A stretch of 54,690 nt of DNA, taken from NCBI GenBank assembly GCA_937911345.1, contig CALDPP010000186.1, forward strand, positions 1 to 54,690, written 5' to 3'. Made by a program: the position numbers and the translations under genes. Shown in pieces: positions 16,440 through 25,853 of this stretch (positions within the stretch are counted from its first letter, which is position 1; every line of letters starts with the position of its first letter). The notes below the pieces were generated by a model that was not told the DNA's origin, did not search any database, and saw only the letters and a list, made by a program, of their open reading frames with translations. This DNA is from an uncultured euryarchaeote. GTDB taxonomy: Archaea; Thermoplasmatota; Poseidoniia; Poseidoniales; Poseidoniaceae.

Positions 16440-18535
16440 TATTGTTCACCTCCAAACAGAGTTGATTGTCCTGAGGGAGGTTTAATGGCCGGTTCTGGAA
16501 TTGATTCAGGCATCGCCTCAACAGTTTGATCAACATTTTCTTCATCGTTGATTTTTTCATCACCAATGTCATTTGAAGAATTCAACTCGTTCATTATTTT
16601 CTCTTGATTACGAATTTCCTCGAGGTATTTCTCATCCATTTTCATTGCCCCAATAATTTCTTGACTACCTCGGAAGAAGACATCGGTTTCTGTCCAGTCA
16701 CCTTTCTCCAAACCTTGGAGCGAATATGAGATGGTAATGTTTTCACCAGGTTGTAATGTTTCTAATTTCCATGCCCAGACTCCTGTTGCTTCTTTTCTAC
16801 CTCCGTGCTCATTATTGGTCATTAAGCCGCCTGACTTTTCTGGCCAAGTTGCTAGAATGGTGTAAGCTCTTGAACGGGCGGTGTAATTGTAAATTTTGAT
16901 TGCTACATCAACAGATTTAGTTTCTTTATTCCACTCAGTAGTGCTTTCACAAATTACTGCAGACATTATTTTGGTTATTGAACCAGCAAGGTTCGGAATA
17001 GGTTTTTCTAAAATTTGGGCAGATTTTGCAGCAATTGCCGGCAAGATGTCATTGATTAACTCAAACTTCTCCTTGGTTTTGGCCATCTTCTTCTTCTTCT
17101 CCAAATGCTTCCTTAGCCCTCGGCCCATCTCTAGCATAGCTTTTCTAACTTCTTCCATAACCTCGGCGTTGTCTGCTAGCGCCTCTTTCGCTTCTGATGT
17201 GAACTGAACATTTGTGCTAGCAAGGTGCACTAAAATCGCTGCAGGACCCTTTGGCACACCTTTTCCTCCCGCTTGGTCAAGACCATACTGTCGCCAATCA
17301 ACAGATTCAATCGCTTTAGTCAATAAGCAACCTCCTTGTTGATACATTAGTGGTACTCTATTGGCAAATCGTAAAACCTCAACCGGTTTATCTGCAGCCA
17401 TATTGCCGCCGAAAATTAAGCCTACTTCGACTTGGTAGGGGTTGCCTTGAGAAACATTAGGAGCTCTTGTCATGGTAATTGCATACCTAGAATCAATGGT
17501 TTTTGAAAGACCCTTTTTGATTAGCATTTCCTCAATCGGTGAAAGACAGTTAGTCGGCGGATTGAGTAATTTCACTGGCTTCCCATTGAACATTCTCTCG
17601 CCTTGGAATGATTCAAGCAGAGCGCGTATTTGGTCAGGATTCATCTGTTTAGGCTTGACTTTTACATCTAATTCAGCAGCAGAGCATAGCTCTTTGGCAG
17701 CTCTTGTTGATACGCCCGAAAAGTTGGTTCGCAAAAATACTGATAATCGGGAATCGGTAGACTCCGTTAACATTCTTTGCAATTGTCCCAATTCTATTCC
17801 ATGTGGATGGGGTTTGATAGATTCAACTTTACCAGGTAATCTTTCGGTTACCCTTGGCCAGTGATGAGTTTCGCCATCGGGATCGGTGAAGGTAATTTCT
17901 GCATGAGGATTAACAATACTTGTCATTCGTAAATACTGCCAAACACTTTGACGTCCTTTCTGATATTTTGCTTTCATTCGGGTTGTAACTTCCAAACCAT
18001 GCTTTTTCATTTCACCGTCATCTAAAAGCCATATTTCTCTGCCAGAATTGCTTTTTGTCGCTTTATTTTTCCTCGTATCAAGGCCGATATCGACCACAGC
18101 AGCAGTAGACTCAGTGGCAATTTTGGATTTAACATGAGTTGGTTTACCAGTGGTCAGTTGACTGTACATTACAACCCCGGTAATTCCGATACCCTGTTGT
18201 CCTCTAGATTGGCGAATTGCATGAAATCTTGAGCCAAACAATAGTTGGCCGAAAACCTTCTCAATGCTCTTTTGCGGTATTCCAGGACCATTATCTTCTA
18301 CAACTAATTCGATTATGTCCTTTTTTGTGTCTATTTTAGAGACCTTGACCTTGATTGAAGGTAATATCCTCGCTTCTTCACAAGCGTCCAAGGAATTGTC
18401 TACTGCCTCTTTAACGGCAGTTATCAATGAACGAACTGGAGAGTCAAAGCCTAGAAAGTGTTTATTTTTTTCAAAAAATTCAGAAATCGCTACTTGTTTT
18501 TGGTTGGATGCTAGTTTTTGTGCTATGCCTGACAT
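16439..18535 (-). CDS. top6B: DNA topoisomerase VI subunit B (GHKL ATPase)
   Basis: Bergerat-fold motifs KEAVDNSLDACEE and VEDNGPGIP, then transducer and C-terminal Ig-like region plus an acidic tail. The track start (GTG at 18544) lies inside the SD GGAGTGA. The ATG at 18535 follows it by 5 nt. Confidence 0.95.
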   Translation of the reverse strand: MSGIAQKLASNQKQVAISEFFEKNKHFLGFDSPVRSLITAVKEAVDNSLDACEEARILPSIKVKVSKIDTKKDIIELVVEDNGPGIPQKSIEKVFGQLLFGSRFHAIRQSRGQQGIGITGVVMYSQLTTGKPTHVKSKIATESTAAVVDIGLDTRKNKATKSNSGREIWLLDDGEMKKHGLEVTTRMKAKYQKGRQSVWQYLRMTSIVNPHAEITFTDPDGETHHWPRVTERLPGKVESIKPHPHGIELGQLQRMLTESTDSRLSVFLRTNFSGVSTRAAKELCSAAELDVKVKPKQMNPDQIRALLESFQGERMFNGKPVKLLNPPTNCLSPIEEMLIKKGLSKTIDSRYAITMTRAPNVSQGNPYQVEVGLIFGGNMAADKPVEVLRFANRVPLMYQQGGCLLTKAIESVDWRQYGLDQAGGKGVPKGPAAILVHLASTNVQFTSEAKEALADNAEVMEEVRKAMLEMGRGLRKHLEKKKKMAKTKEKFELINDILPAIAAKSAQILEKPIPNLAGSITKIMSAVICESTTEWNKETKSVDVAIKIYNYTARSRAYTILATWPEKSGGLMTNNEHGGRKEATGVWAWKLETLQPGENITISYSLQGLEKGDWTETDVFFRGSQEIIGAMKMDEKYLEEIRNQEKIMNELNSSNDIGDEKINDEENVDQTVEAMPESIPEPAIKPPSGQSTLFGGEQ

Positions 18536-18540
18536 CTTTG

Positions 18541-18547
18541 TCACTCC
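18541..18547 (-). promoter_or_regulatory. Shine-Dalgarno-like ribosome binding site of top6B
   Basis: The minus strand reads GGAGTGA-CAAAG-ATG. The motif is complementary to the conserved archaeal 16S 3' end (GAUCACCUCC). Confidence 0.55.
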
Positions 18548-18654
18548 GTCTCTGGTCCTCCTCGGTCCGAATGACCTCGGGCCAGCAACACATAGTTTCG
18601 ATTACCGACGGTTCATAATAACTAACATAGAAAATCAATCATAAGCACTGGTTA

Positions 18655-19350
18655 TTACCTTGTTTCAACAGTTCGCTCAGGATTGTCAATTATTTGTTTT
18701 CCTTTCACTATCAACAAAATAGTGATTATTATTGACAGTCCAATAATGAAAAAATCAAATGGAGTTCTTGCTGCAGTTTCGATGCCTTTGCTTGTAACTA
18801 TGGTCTGAGAGCCCCACCACGCGTACATTATTGATGGAACAATCATAGCGAAGTTACCAATAATGAAATCTTTGAATCTGATTTTAGTGGCGCCATAAGC
18901 ATAGTTTAGTACTCCATAAGGTATGACCAAACTCACTCTTGTTAGTGCGACAACTTTGGTCCCTTGCTTGGTCATTTCATCTTCTAATCCTTTCAAACTA
19001 GGATAATTTTCCAAAGCCCTCCTGGCATATGGGTTCATCCATTTTTTCCCAAGAAAAAAAGGCGCTACTGCCCCAATCATTGAGCCGAACCAAGCAATAA
19101 TTATGCCTGGACCAAATCCATAAATTACACCGGCCAAGTATTTATGGAAACTTGCAGGTAGTGCCACAATTCCAAAAACAATGTACAACGATATGAAGAT
19201 TGTAATGCCGAATGTTTCATTATCTCCAAACCAGTTTAGATAATCGACGAATAAATTGATCATAACTTGAGTTAATGAAATTGTGATGCCAATACCAACT
19301 ACGACGATAATTGCCGCAATCAAACCAGTACGCTTCTTCATGATTATCAT
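18655..19350 (-). CDS. TVP38/TMEM64 (DedA/SNARE-associated) family membrane protein
   Basis: Multi-TM protein with the family-typical block YLAGVIYGFGPGIIIAWFGSMIGAVAPFFLGK. ATGA overlap with the upstream gene. Confidence 0.75.
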   Translation of the reverse strand: MIIMKKRTGLIAAIIVVVGIGITISLTQVMINLFVDYLNWFGDNETFGITIFISLYIVFGIVALPASFHKYLAGVIYGFGPGIIIAWFGSMIGAVAPFFLGKKWMNPYARRALENYPSLKGLEDEMTKQGTKVVALTRVSLVIPYGVLNYAYGATKIRFKDFIIGNFAMIVPSIMYAWWGSQTIVTSKGIETAARTPFDFFIIGLSIIITILLIVKGKQIIDNPERTVETR

Positions 19351-21374
19351 TCAAATAAGCTGTTTTGCCATGATGAAATCTTTCCAGTAAATGCAGACGC
19401 CGCCACTGTCAATGGGCTTGCAAGGTAGAGTTTCCCCGGACCTGATCTTCCTTGGAAATTACGATTAATTGCGGAAACCGTAACTTGCTCAGGAGTAATT
19501 GAAACTCCAGGGCCAGCACCAATACAAGCTCCGCAGCCGGGATCAATCAGCTTTACACCTACTTTGGAGAATAACTCATGCCAACCTTTTCTTACAGCCA
19601 AATCTTTGACCTGTCCAGAGCCATATTGAATGTAGAACTCAACCCCATCTGCGACGGTGAGTCCGGCATCATCAGCGGCTTGGCAAACTTGGGCATAATA
19701 TGCGATATCATCTTCTTTTCCAGCAGTGCAAGAACCACCATAGGCAATATCAATTCTAACATCACCAATTTCCATAATCAAGGCGCCATTTGTCGGGTCA
19801 CTAGGAATACCCTCATCGGGATTTCCCGGATGAGCTACCATCGGCTCAATCGCTGAAAGGTCGATTACGTGTATTCCACCGTCATAGTGAGCGCCCTCAT
19901 CAGGTGATACTGAATTTTCCTTCATTTCCTCCATGGATAAATTTGGCATAGCATTTTTCATCCAATCGTACAGAGCATCATCTGGTTCACAAATACCGGT
20001 TCTTGCCGAGCACTCTGTTGCCATATTACATAGGGTGGCTCGTTCATCAACTGAAAGACTAGATAGTCCACTGCCGCCAAATTCCATTGAACGGTTCAAA
20101 GTGAGTTCTTTACGAGCATGGTCTGCTAAAATGTAGAGTATTACATCTTTCGCAGTGCAGCCGGGATTGAGTTGGCCAATCAATTCAAATCTAATTGATT
20201 CGGGAACTTTTACGAAAGTAAAACCTGCACTGATTAGGTTTGAGTACTCAGTTGCACCAACCCCCCAAGTTAAGGCGTTCGAGGCTCCACCCATGCAAGT
20301 ATGAGAGTCGGTTGCTTGTACAAAATCACCTATCTCGATAAATTCCTCACGAGCAACTTGATGACAAATCCCGGGTGAGACGCCATCAATTGCCGAGTAG
20401 TCTCTAACATTGGTGTGTTTTTGAAATGCCTTTTGTAAATCTCTGAGAGTTTGGACCTTGTCCATGAATGGAACAAACTTAGGATTGTGGTGCGCATACA
20501 GCAAATGATCCTCAAAAACGGCAAACTTACTTGGATTTGGTAGTTGGTAATCATGACCATATTCTTGGCCTAAGAATGTATGAACTTGGGCAGTAGTAAA
20601 TTCGTGTGAATAACCACCTTGGACCTGAGCAATTACTGGGTCATCAGGCTTAACGCATTGCCCTTTTGCTTGACCAACGAGATTTCTAGCAATAATTTTC
20701 TCAGCCATGGTCATGGGTTTTGTTTCAGTATCAATTGGAGGCAAGCTAATATCGCCATTTTTTAGTGCCTTAGCAAATGGAAACAGTCCTCCCTTTTCGA
20801 CAATTATTTTTGTAACTTCATCATACTTATCGGTGAACTCAGACAATAACAACTCCTCACCATTTTGCAATCTCTCTAACATTGCATAATCTCCCATCAA
20901 CTGCCCTAGATTTATGTTATTTCTTTCATGGATTGGAGCGAAGGATGCGGCGATTACAATACGTATACCAGCCCATCTCTCACATTGTGCTGCAGTTTCT
21001 CGACTAGAACCAGTACCCTTTCTTTGGCCTGAAACTATGACTTCAAAATTGCCGTTGATTAGGGCATTTTCATTGAATACTCTAAGCCCATTATGCTTTA
21101 ATCCGGCATAGGCGTTTTTTGCAATTTCTGCTGGCTCGTGGTCAAAACAAACCCATGCTGGAGTCATTACGTCCGTGTTGATATCGTCTAGAAGGTCATC
21201 AGGTTTGATATCACTCATTTCTAGATTCAGACCATCATACAATTGTTGTTTGATCAAATCTAAATTCTTGGTCAAGAATAAAACTCGCTTTCCCGGCGTT
21301 AGGCTGATTTTTTGTTCCCCTCCGCTAACACCCATGGCAATCATTTCGGGCAGGCTTGTTATGTGTATAACCAT
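19347..21374 (-). CDS. Aconitase-superfamily hydro-lyase with AcnB-like permuted domain order (swivel domain N-terminal, then domains 1-3), no HEAT-like N-domain
   Basis: N-terminal swivel motifs DINTDVMTPAW, GQRKGTGSSRETA and IAASFAPIHERNNINLGQ. Catalytic part has ATDSHTCMGG, GGSCTAGK, PGCGACIG (Fe-S Cys ligands) and SAINRNFQGRSG. Confidence 0.8.
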   Translation of the reverse strand: MVIHITSLPEMIAMGVSGGEQKISLTPGKRVLFLTKNLDLIKQQLYDGLNLEMSDIKPDDLLDDINTDVMTPAWVCFDHEPAEIAKNAYAGLKHNGLRVFNENALINGNFEVIVSGQRKGTGSSRETAAQCERWAGIRIVIAASFAPIHERNNINLGQLMGDYAMLERLQNGEELLLSEFTDKYDEVTKIIVEKGGLFPFAKALKNGDISLPPIDTETKPMTMAEKIIARNLVGQAKGQCVKPDDPVIAQVQGGYSHEFTTAQVHTFLGQEYGHDYQLPNPSKFAVFEDHLLYAHHNPKFVPFMDKVQTLRDLQKAFQKHTNVRDYSAIDGVSPGICHQVAREEFIEIGDFVQATDSHTCMGGASNALTWGVGATEYSNLISAGFTFVKVPESIRFELIGQLNPGCTAKDVILYILADHARKELTLNRSMEFGGSGLSSLSVDERATLCNMATECSARTGICEPDDALYDWMKNAMPNLSMEEMKENSVSPDEGAHYDGGIHVIDLSAIEPMVAHPGNPDEGIPSDPTNGALIMEIGDVRIDIAYGGSCTAGKEDDIAYYAQVCQAADDAGLTVADGVEFYIQYGSGQVKDLAVRKGWHELFSKVGVKLIDPGCGACIGAGPGVSITPEQVTVSAINRNFQGRSGPGKLYLASPLTVAASAFTGKISSWQNSLFE

Positions 21375-21538
21375 TCACCCTAATTTGTCATAAAGTATAT
21401 GACGGGGATTAAAATAAAACTCTCGCCAGGTCAAATTTTCCAATTTAGTTAATTGCTTAATTCTGCCATAAGTTTGATATAACCTCGCATAAGGGGTTAA
21501 GAGTGTTGCCCTATTTTTCTGTAGGGGGGGAATGACAA

Positions 21539-22465
21539 ATGGATGAACAACAAGTTGAAGATATTGTAAAGTGCAGTGATTGCGGAAGTAGAAATTTAAC
21601 TCGAGATGAAACTCGAGGTGAGGTCGTCTGTGACGATTGTGGTCTTGTGTTAGAAGATAATGTAATTGATCAAGGCGCAGAATGGCGAGTATTCTCACCA
21701 GAACAAGGTGACCAAAGAGCGAGAACTGGTGCTCCAATGACGGTCATGCTACACGATAAAGGTCTCTCAACAGACATCGATTGGCAAAACAAAGACTATT
21801 CTGGAAAAACCATCAATTCAAGATACCGTTCACAATTCTACCGAATGAGGAAGTGGCAGAAAAGAAGTCGTGTCTCAAATGCAACAGAAAGAAATCTAGC
21901 AATGGCGCTAGCAGAGTTAGACCGAATGGCTAGTAGGCTAGAGTTACCTAAATCTGTGCGTGAAGCTGCTGCGGTAAATTACAAGAAAGCAGTTGACAAG
22001 CGTTTGATTAGAGGGCGTTCAATCGAAGGTGTTGCTGCAGCATCACTGTATGCAGCATGCCGTCAATGTGGAGTCCCTAGAACACTCGATGAAATCGGCC
22101 AAGCATCCCGTACTGGACGAAAGGAAATTGGTAGAACATACCGTTTCATGGTAAGGGAATTGAAGATGAAGATTATGCCGACAGGTCCTGAAGATTATAT
22201 TTCTAGATTCTGTTCAGGACTTGGTCTTGATGCCGAAGTAGAAGCTAAGGCATACGAATTGATCAAGGCTGCTCAAGAAAAAGAATTGACCAGTGGTAGA
22301 GGACCAACAGGTATTGCAGCATCGATTATTTACATCGCATCTGTGCTTTGCGGTAAGCGAAGAACCCAAAGAGAAGTAGCCGAAGTTGCTGGTGTTACTG
22401 AAGTCACTATTAGAAACAGATACAAGGAACTTATTCAAAACTTGAATATTGAACTTGACATCTAA
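21539..22465 (+). CDS. tfb: Transcription initiation factor IIB (TFB)
   Basis: N-terminal Zn ribbon KCSDCGS...[16 protein letters not shown]-finger/linker, and two cyclin-fold repeats ([18 protein letters not shown]; [15 protein letters not shown]). 308 aa. Confidence 0.95.
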   Translation: MDEQQVEDIVKCSDCGSRNLTRDETRGEVVCDDCGLVLEDNVIDQGAEWRVFSPEQGDQRARTGAPMTVMLHDKGLSTDIDWQNKDYSGKTINSRYRSQFYRMRKWQKRSRVSNATERNLAMALAELDRMASRLELPKSVREAAAVNYKKAVDKRLIRGRSIEGVAAASLYAACRQCGVPRTLDEIGQASRTGRKEIGRTYRFMVRELKMKIMPTGPEDYISRFCSGLGLDAEVEAKAYELIKAAQEKELTSGRGPTGIAASIIYIASVLCGKRRTQREVAEVAGVTEVTIRNRYKELIQNLNIELDI

Positions 22466-22487
22466 GTTTGTATTTAGGTTGATTTAA

Positions 22488-23966
22488 ATGAGTAAGAGCC
22501 GATCTGAGATTTCTCAGATTGTTTTTGAGAAAGTCGCAACCTTGCTAGTCGAGGCACTAGAACGAGGAACACAATCGTGGCCTCTTCCCCATCCTCCAAT
22601 AAAAGATGCAGATTTCCCAGTAATAGAACCAAATTCGGCACAAGAACTGATAGAACAAGGTCTTGGCTTGTTAAATGTTGACAGGGGTTTGTTCGAATAC
22701 AAACTAAACACGGTAGTTGATTTAGTGGTTCCCCACCGTATGAATTTGACCGATGATCCGTACGAGGTTCACAAGAAATGGTTAGAAAAGCGCGCTGACA
22801 TGGTTGCTGAACGATTGATTTTCTCAATAAACAATGATTGGCTTGCTCAGGCACTCGACCCTCAGGCTCCTGATAGTGTGAGATGGTGGTTGAGTATCGC
22901 GTTGTTGAACGGCCTCTCTGTAGGACCTTTGGGCCAACCGATTCACCAAGGATATCACTTACTCGAGTCGATTGCTATTGGTGAAAGGCCAGGCACATGG
23001 CACACTCAACCTGAGGCTGGGCCTCAAAATGTCGATTGGAATCCGGATGCGATTGTACCCAGAATGACTGGAGTTATTGCTCATGAGTTTGGAATTTTAG
23101 CAGCCAGATGGATGCTCAATGAATTAGAGGTTGGCAATGTCGACAGACGTAGGTTACTCATTGAGTGGATTAGGTTGTTGATGGAGAGGCCAGAATTAAT
23201 TGAACCACTTGGATTGTTTGAGATTCTTACTCGGATGAGTTCGGATACAGATTCACAGGTTGCTGTCCAAATTGCTCGGTGTCTTGCAAAAGCTATCGAT
23301 CACGATAGAACGGTTGGGCATAATTTAGCAAAATTATTGATGGCTAGAGACGATTTAATGGTGCGCCGAGCAATGGCGGATGTGTTAACAAGATTGTTTA
23401 GAAGATTATCAGAAGACGCATTACCATTTTACCACCAACTAAAGGCTGACGAGGACCCTGATGTTCTTGCTGCAGTGAGCACCACATCCTCTGATTTAAG
23501 ATTCTTGGACATGGAAATGTGGGCTGACAATCTGCTAGAATTAAGTAAGCATAGTTTACCAATTGTGCGTAGGAATCTAGTACCCTCCTTGCGGGATTAT
23601 TTTGAGACGTTTCCAGATGACACAAGGAAATTATTACCAATTTTGTGGCAAGATGGAGACGAGGTAGTTAGAACAAGAATGCGTGAACTACTGATAAAAA
23701 TGTCAGATGTTTCTGCAGAACAATTTGCTTCGAGACTTACTGATTTACAATCTCGGGAGTGTGACTTAGCACCCCTATGGCAATTGATGGAAGCTAGAAG
23801 AACAGACTCATCCAACCAATGGAAAGATTGGTTAGATGGCAATGGGGCTATGCCAGAATCGACTCAAAGAAAACAGCATGTGAGTACGATGGAAGAGCCT
23901 GAAGGCTTGCCCGAGTTGACTGATGCATTAGAAACTCTAGACCAAGAATTAGGATTTCTTGATTAA
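22488..23966 (+). CDS. Hypothetical alpha-helical (HEAT/ARM-like repeat) protein
   Basis: Repeated helix-pair pattern with conserved V/R positions: SQVAVQIARCLAKAI, LMVRRAMADVLTRLF, PDVLAAVSTTSSDL, LPIVRRNLVPSLRDYF, DEVVRTRMRELLIKM. It starts 22 nt after tfb. Confidence 0.5.
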   Translation: MSKSRSEISQIVFEKVATLLVEALERGTQSWPLPHPPIKDADFPVIEPNSAQELIEQGLGLLNVDRGLFEYKLNTVVDLVVPHRMNLTDDPYEVHKKWLEKRADMVAERLIFSINNDWLAQALDPQAPDSVRWWLSIALLNGLSVGPLGQPIHQGYHLLESIAIGERPGTWHTQPEAGPQNVDWNPDAIVPRMTGVIAHEFGILAARWMLNELEVGNVDRRRLLIEWIRLLMERPELIEPLGLFEILTRMSSDTDSQVAVQIARCLAKAIDHDRTVGHNLAKLLMARDDLMVRRAMADVLTRLFRRLSEDALPFYHQLKADEDPDVLAAVSTTSSDLRFLDMEMWADNLLELSKHSLPIVRRNLVPSLRDYFETFPDDTRKLLPILWQDGDEVVRTRMRELLIKMSDVSAEQFASRLTDLQSRECDLAPLWQLMEARRTDSSNQWKDWLDGNGAMPESTQRKQHVSTMEEPEGLPELTDALETLDQELGFLD

Positions 23967-24389
23967 TTACTCTTCTTCAGTAATTTTACTCAATGGCCCA
24001 GATACAACCAAACCAACATAGATTGCGTTCAGCATTGAAAGCGATGCAATTAGCAACAGAATCATGCCTGAAGTCTCTGGCAGAGTATCTTTTAAATCAG
24101 AATTATTTATTCCATACACTAACATTATGCAAACTAATGAGAAGCCAAACACCAGCTTCCAACTTTTCTCTGGTTGACGCCATCGATTTATTGATGGAAT
24201 AATTCCGGATTGCCTAAAGGTAAATCTAAACCAACCAATATACAAACAACAAAGACCGCATAAACCGATTAATCCTCTGGTGAATGAACTGGCACCCCAA
24301 GGCCCTTCTGGCGCAAGGTCTACCATGGTTTGTGCGACCATAACCAAGCCAGCAACAGTAACCCACCGCCACTCTGGAACCGTTGCCAT
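23967..24389 (-). CDS. Hypothetical small membrane protein (about 4 TM)
   Basis: 140-aa ORF with four hydrophobic segments. It is convergent with, and abuts, the HEAT-like gene. Confidence 0.45.
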   Translation of the reverse strand: MATVPEWRWVTVAGLVMVAQTMVDLAPEGPWGASSFTRGLIGLCGLCCLYIGWFRFTFRQSGIIPSINRWRQPEKSWKLVFGFSLVCIMLVYGINNSDLKDTLPETSGMILLLIASLSMLNAIYVGLVVSGPLSKITEEE

Positions 24390-24441
24390 GATAACGCCAT
24401 GATGGGTTATGCTTGAAAGGTTGTACCCTTTGGGATTATTA

Positions 24442-25305
24442 ATGACAGTCGTTAACGATGCAGTAATTGTTGCTGCAGGATTAGGTAGTAGGATGCTACC
24501 AACTAGCGCCTATTTGCCCAAGGAGTCACTACCGCTTGTCGATGTGCCGGCATTTTTGCATTTGATTAGAGAAGCAGTAAGAGCAGAGATTACTAGGATT
24601 CACATAATCACTTCACCAAGCAAGGATTTTTCCACTTTTTTAGAGAGTAAAGAAGATTATCATCAACTCAAGCCAGAGATCAGTAAAACACTTTTCTCCT
24701 TGGATGAATCAATAAAATTCTTTGTCCATACACAACATGAACCATTAGGACTAGGTCACGCTATTTTACAATCACTTGGGCATATAGATGGCGCTTATCT
24801 TGTATTACTAGGAGACAACATAATTACCGATAAATTTTCTAGTGTCAAGAAATTTGAACCATCTAATGCTTCTCGAGAATTAATTTCGGTTTTCAACAAA
24901 ACCGGGTTACCTTGTGCAGGAGTTTATTCAGTTTCAAGGGAGGAAGTAAGCAATTATGGAGTGATTGAACTTGATGGAGAAAAAATTTCACAAATAATTG
25001 AAAAACCCAATATTGATGATGCACCATCAGATAAAGTATTGTGCGGTAGGTATGTATTCACCAGCGACAGCAAAGATTTACTCATGACAAAATTCCCTGT
25101 GAGTCAATTTGGTGAGTTCCAAACCATCGAGTTGCAGAAGTATTGGATGAATGGAAATGGATTGATTGCAGTTGATTTGAGTGAATATCAATGGTATGAT
25201 TCTGGCAACCCCCTATCTTGGTTAAAGGCTCAAATTGACTATGGTCTGCGCAATCCTGACTATTCCAACCAACTAAGGCATTGGCTCAGTAGAAGGCTAG
25301 ACTAA
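24442..25305 (+). CDS. Sugar-1-phosphate nucleotidyltransferase, UTP-glucose-1-phosphate uridylyltransferase (GalU)-like
   Basis: AVIVAAGLGSRMLPTSAYLPKESLPLVDVP matches the GalU-type G-x-G-T-R-x-LP...K-E-x-LP signature. The ORF could also begin at the ATG at 24409. Confidence 0.75.
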   Translation: MTVVNDAVIVAAGLGSRMLPTSAYLPKESLPLVDVPAFLHLIREAVRAEITRIHIITSPSKDFSTFLESKEDYHQLKPEISKTLFSLDESIKFFVHTQHEPLGLGHAILQSLGHIDGAYLVLLGDNIITDKFSSVKKFEPSNASRELISVFNKTGLPCAGVYSVSREEVSNYGVIELDGEKISQIIEKPNIDDAPSDKVLCGRYVFTSDSKDLLMTKFPVSQFGEFQTIELQKYWMNGNGLIAVDLSEYQWYDSGNPLSWLKAQIDYGLRNPDYSNQLRHWLSRRLD

Positions 25306-25853
25306 CGTTGACCAGGTTTCCAAAATGTCAACGGTATTGGTAATTGATTGTGTACACAACGATTTGCCAGATGGTCTGCTCGCTCATTCCACCTATGGCC
25401 TCGATGCGCTCTTACATGACGCCACTCAATGGGTCGGATTTGGCTGACCTCGTTCCATAAATTTTGAACAGATTTGACTAAACTTTTGTTGGCTTTTGCT
25501 CGCCAAGCACCAGTTGCTAAGTTTCCAGCATATTGAGAATCTGTATAGATTATCGCACTTTTATCATCACCATCGATTAACAACCAGCGCAACGCCATAG
25601 CAAAGGCGGTTAATTCTGCAGTATTATTTGAGCCAACTTCGGCCCCAATGAAATCCTCATCTGTTGGGTTACAAACAACATGGCCCCACGATTCTTCTAT
25701 TATTTCACCACTGCCTTTTCCTAGCCCGTTATCTCCAATGACAACTGCCATACCCCATGCAGCAGGAGTATCAGCAGTTACATTTTGATTTTCAAGGCAC
25801 GAACCATCAATGTAAAACGCGAGATGTTCATCAGTAGATGTCAAATTGGTCAC
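25302..25853 (-). CDS. rnhA: Ribonuclease HI (type 1 RNase H)
   Basis: DEDD catalytic pattern: IDGSC, NNTAELTAF, IYTDSQY, NERADHLAN. Confidence 0.85.
   Translation of the reverse strand: MTNLTSTDEHLAFYIDGSCLENQNVTADTPAAWGMAVVIGDNGLGKGSGEIIEESWGHVVCNPTDEDFIGAEVGSNNTAELTAFAMALRWLLIDGDDKSAIIYTDSQYAGNLATGAWRAKANKSLVKSVQNLWNEVSQIRPIEWRHVRAHRGHRWNERADHLANRCVHNQLPIPLTFWKPGQR

Noticed and set aside
16442-16471. Extreme C-terminus of Top6B (…GQSTLFGGEQ) resembling a C-terminal PCNA-interacting (PIP) box
   Set aside because: Only the Q-x-x-L part fits. The two aromatic positions of the canonical Q-x-x-(L/I/M)-x-x-(F/Y)(F/Y) are Gly/Glu, which is insufficient to propose PCNA binding.
21524-21530. G7 homopolymer immediately upstream of the tfb start codon; a possible phase-variation tract
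   Set aside because: It lies in the 5' leader, not the coding region. It is more simply read as a purine-rich SD-like element, and I know of no evidence for slipped-strand regulation in archaea of this type.
21375-21737. 120-aa minus-strand ORF spanning the aconitase/tfb intergenic region and the tfb 5' end
   Set aside because: It overlaps the well-supported tfb Zn-ribbon coding region in antisense, has His/Leu-rich low-complexity sequence, and has no SD or motif.
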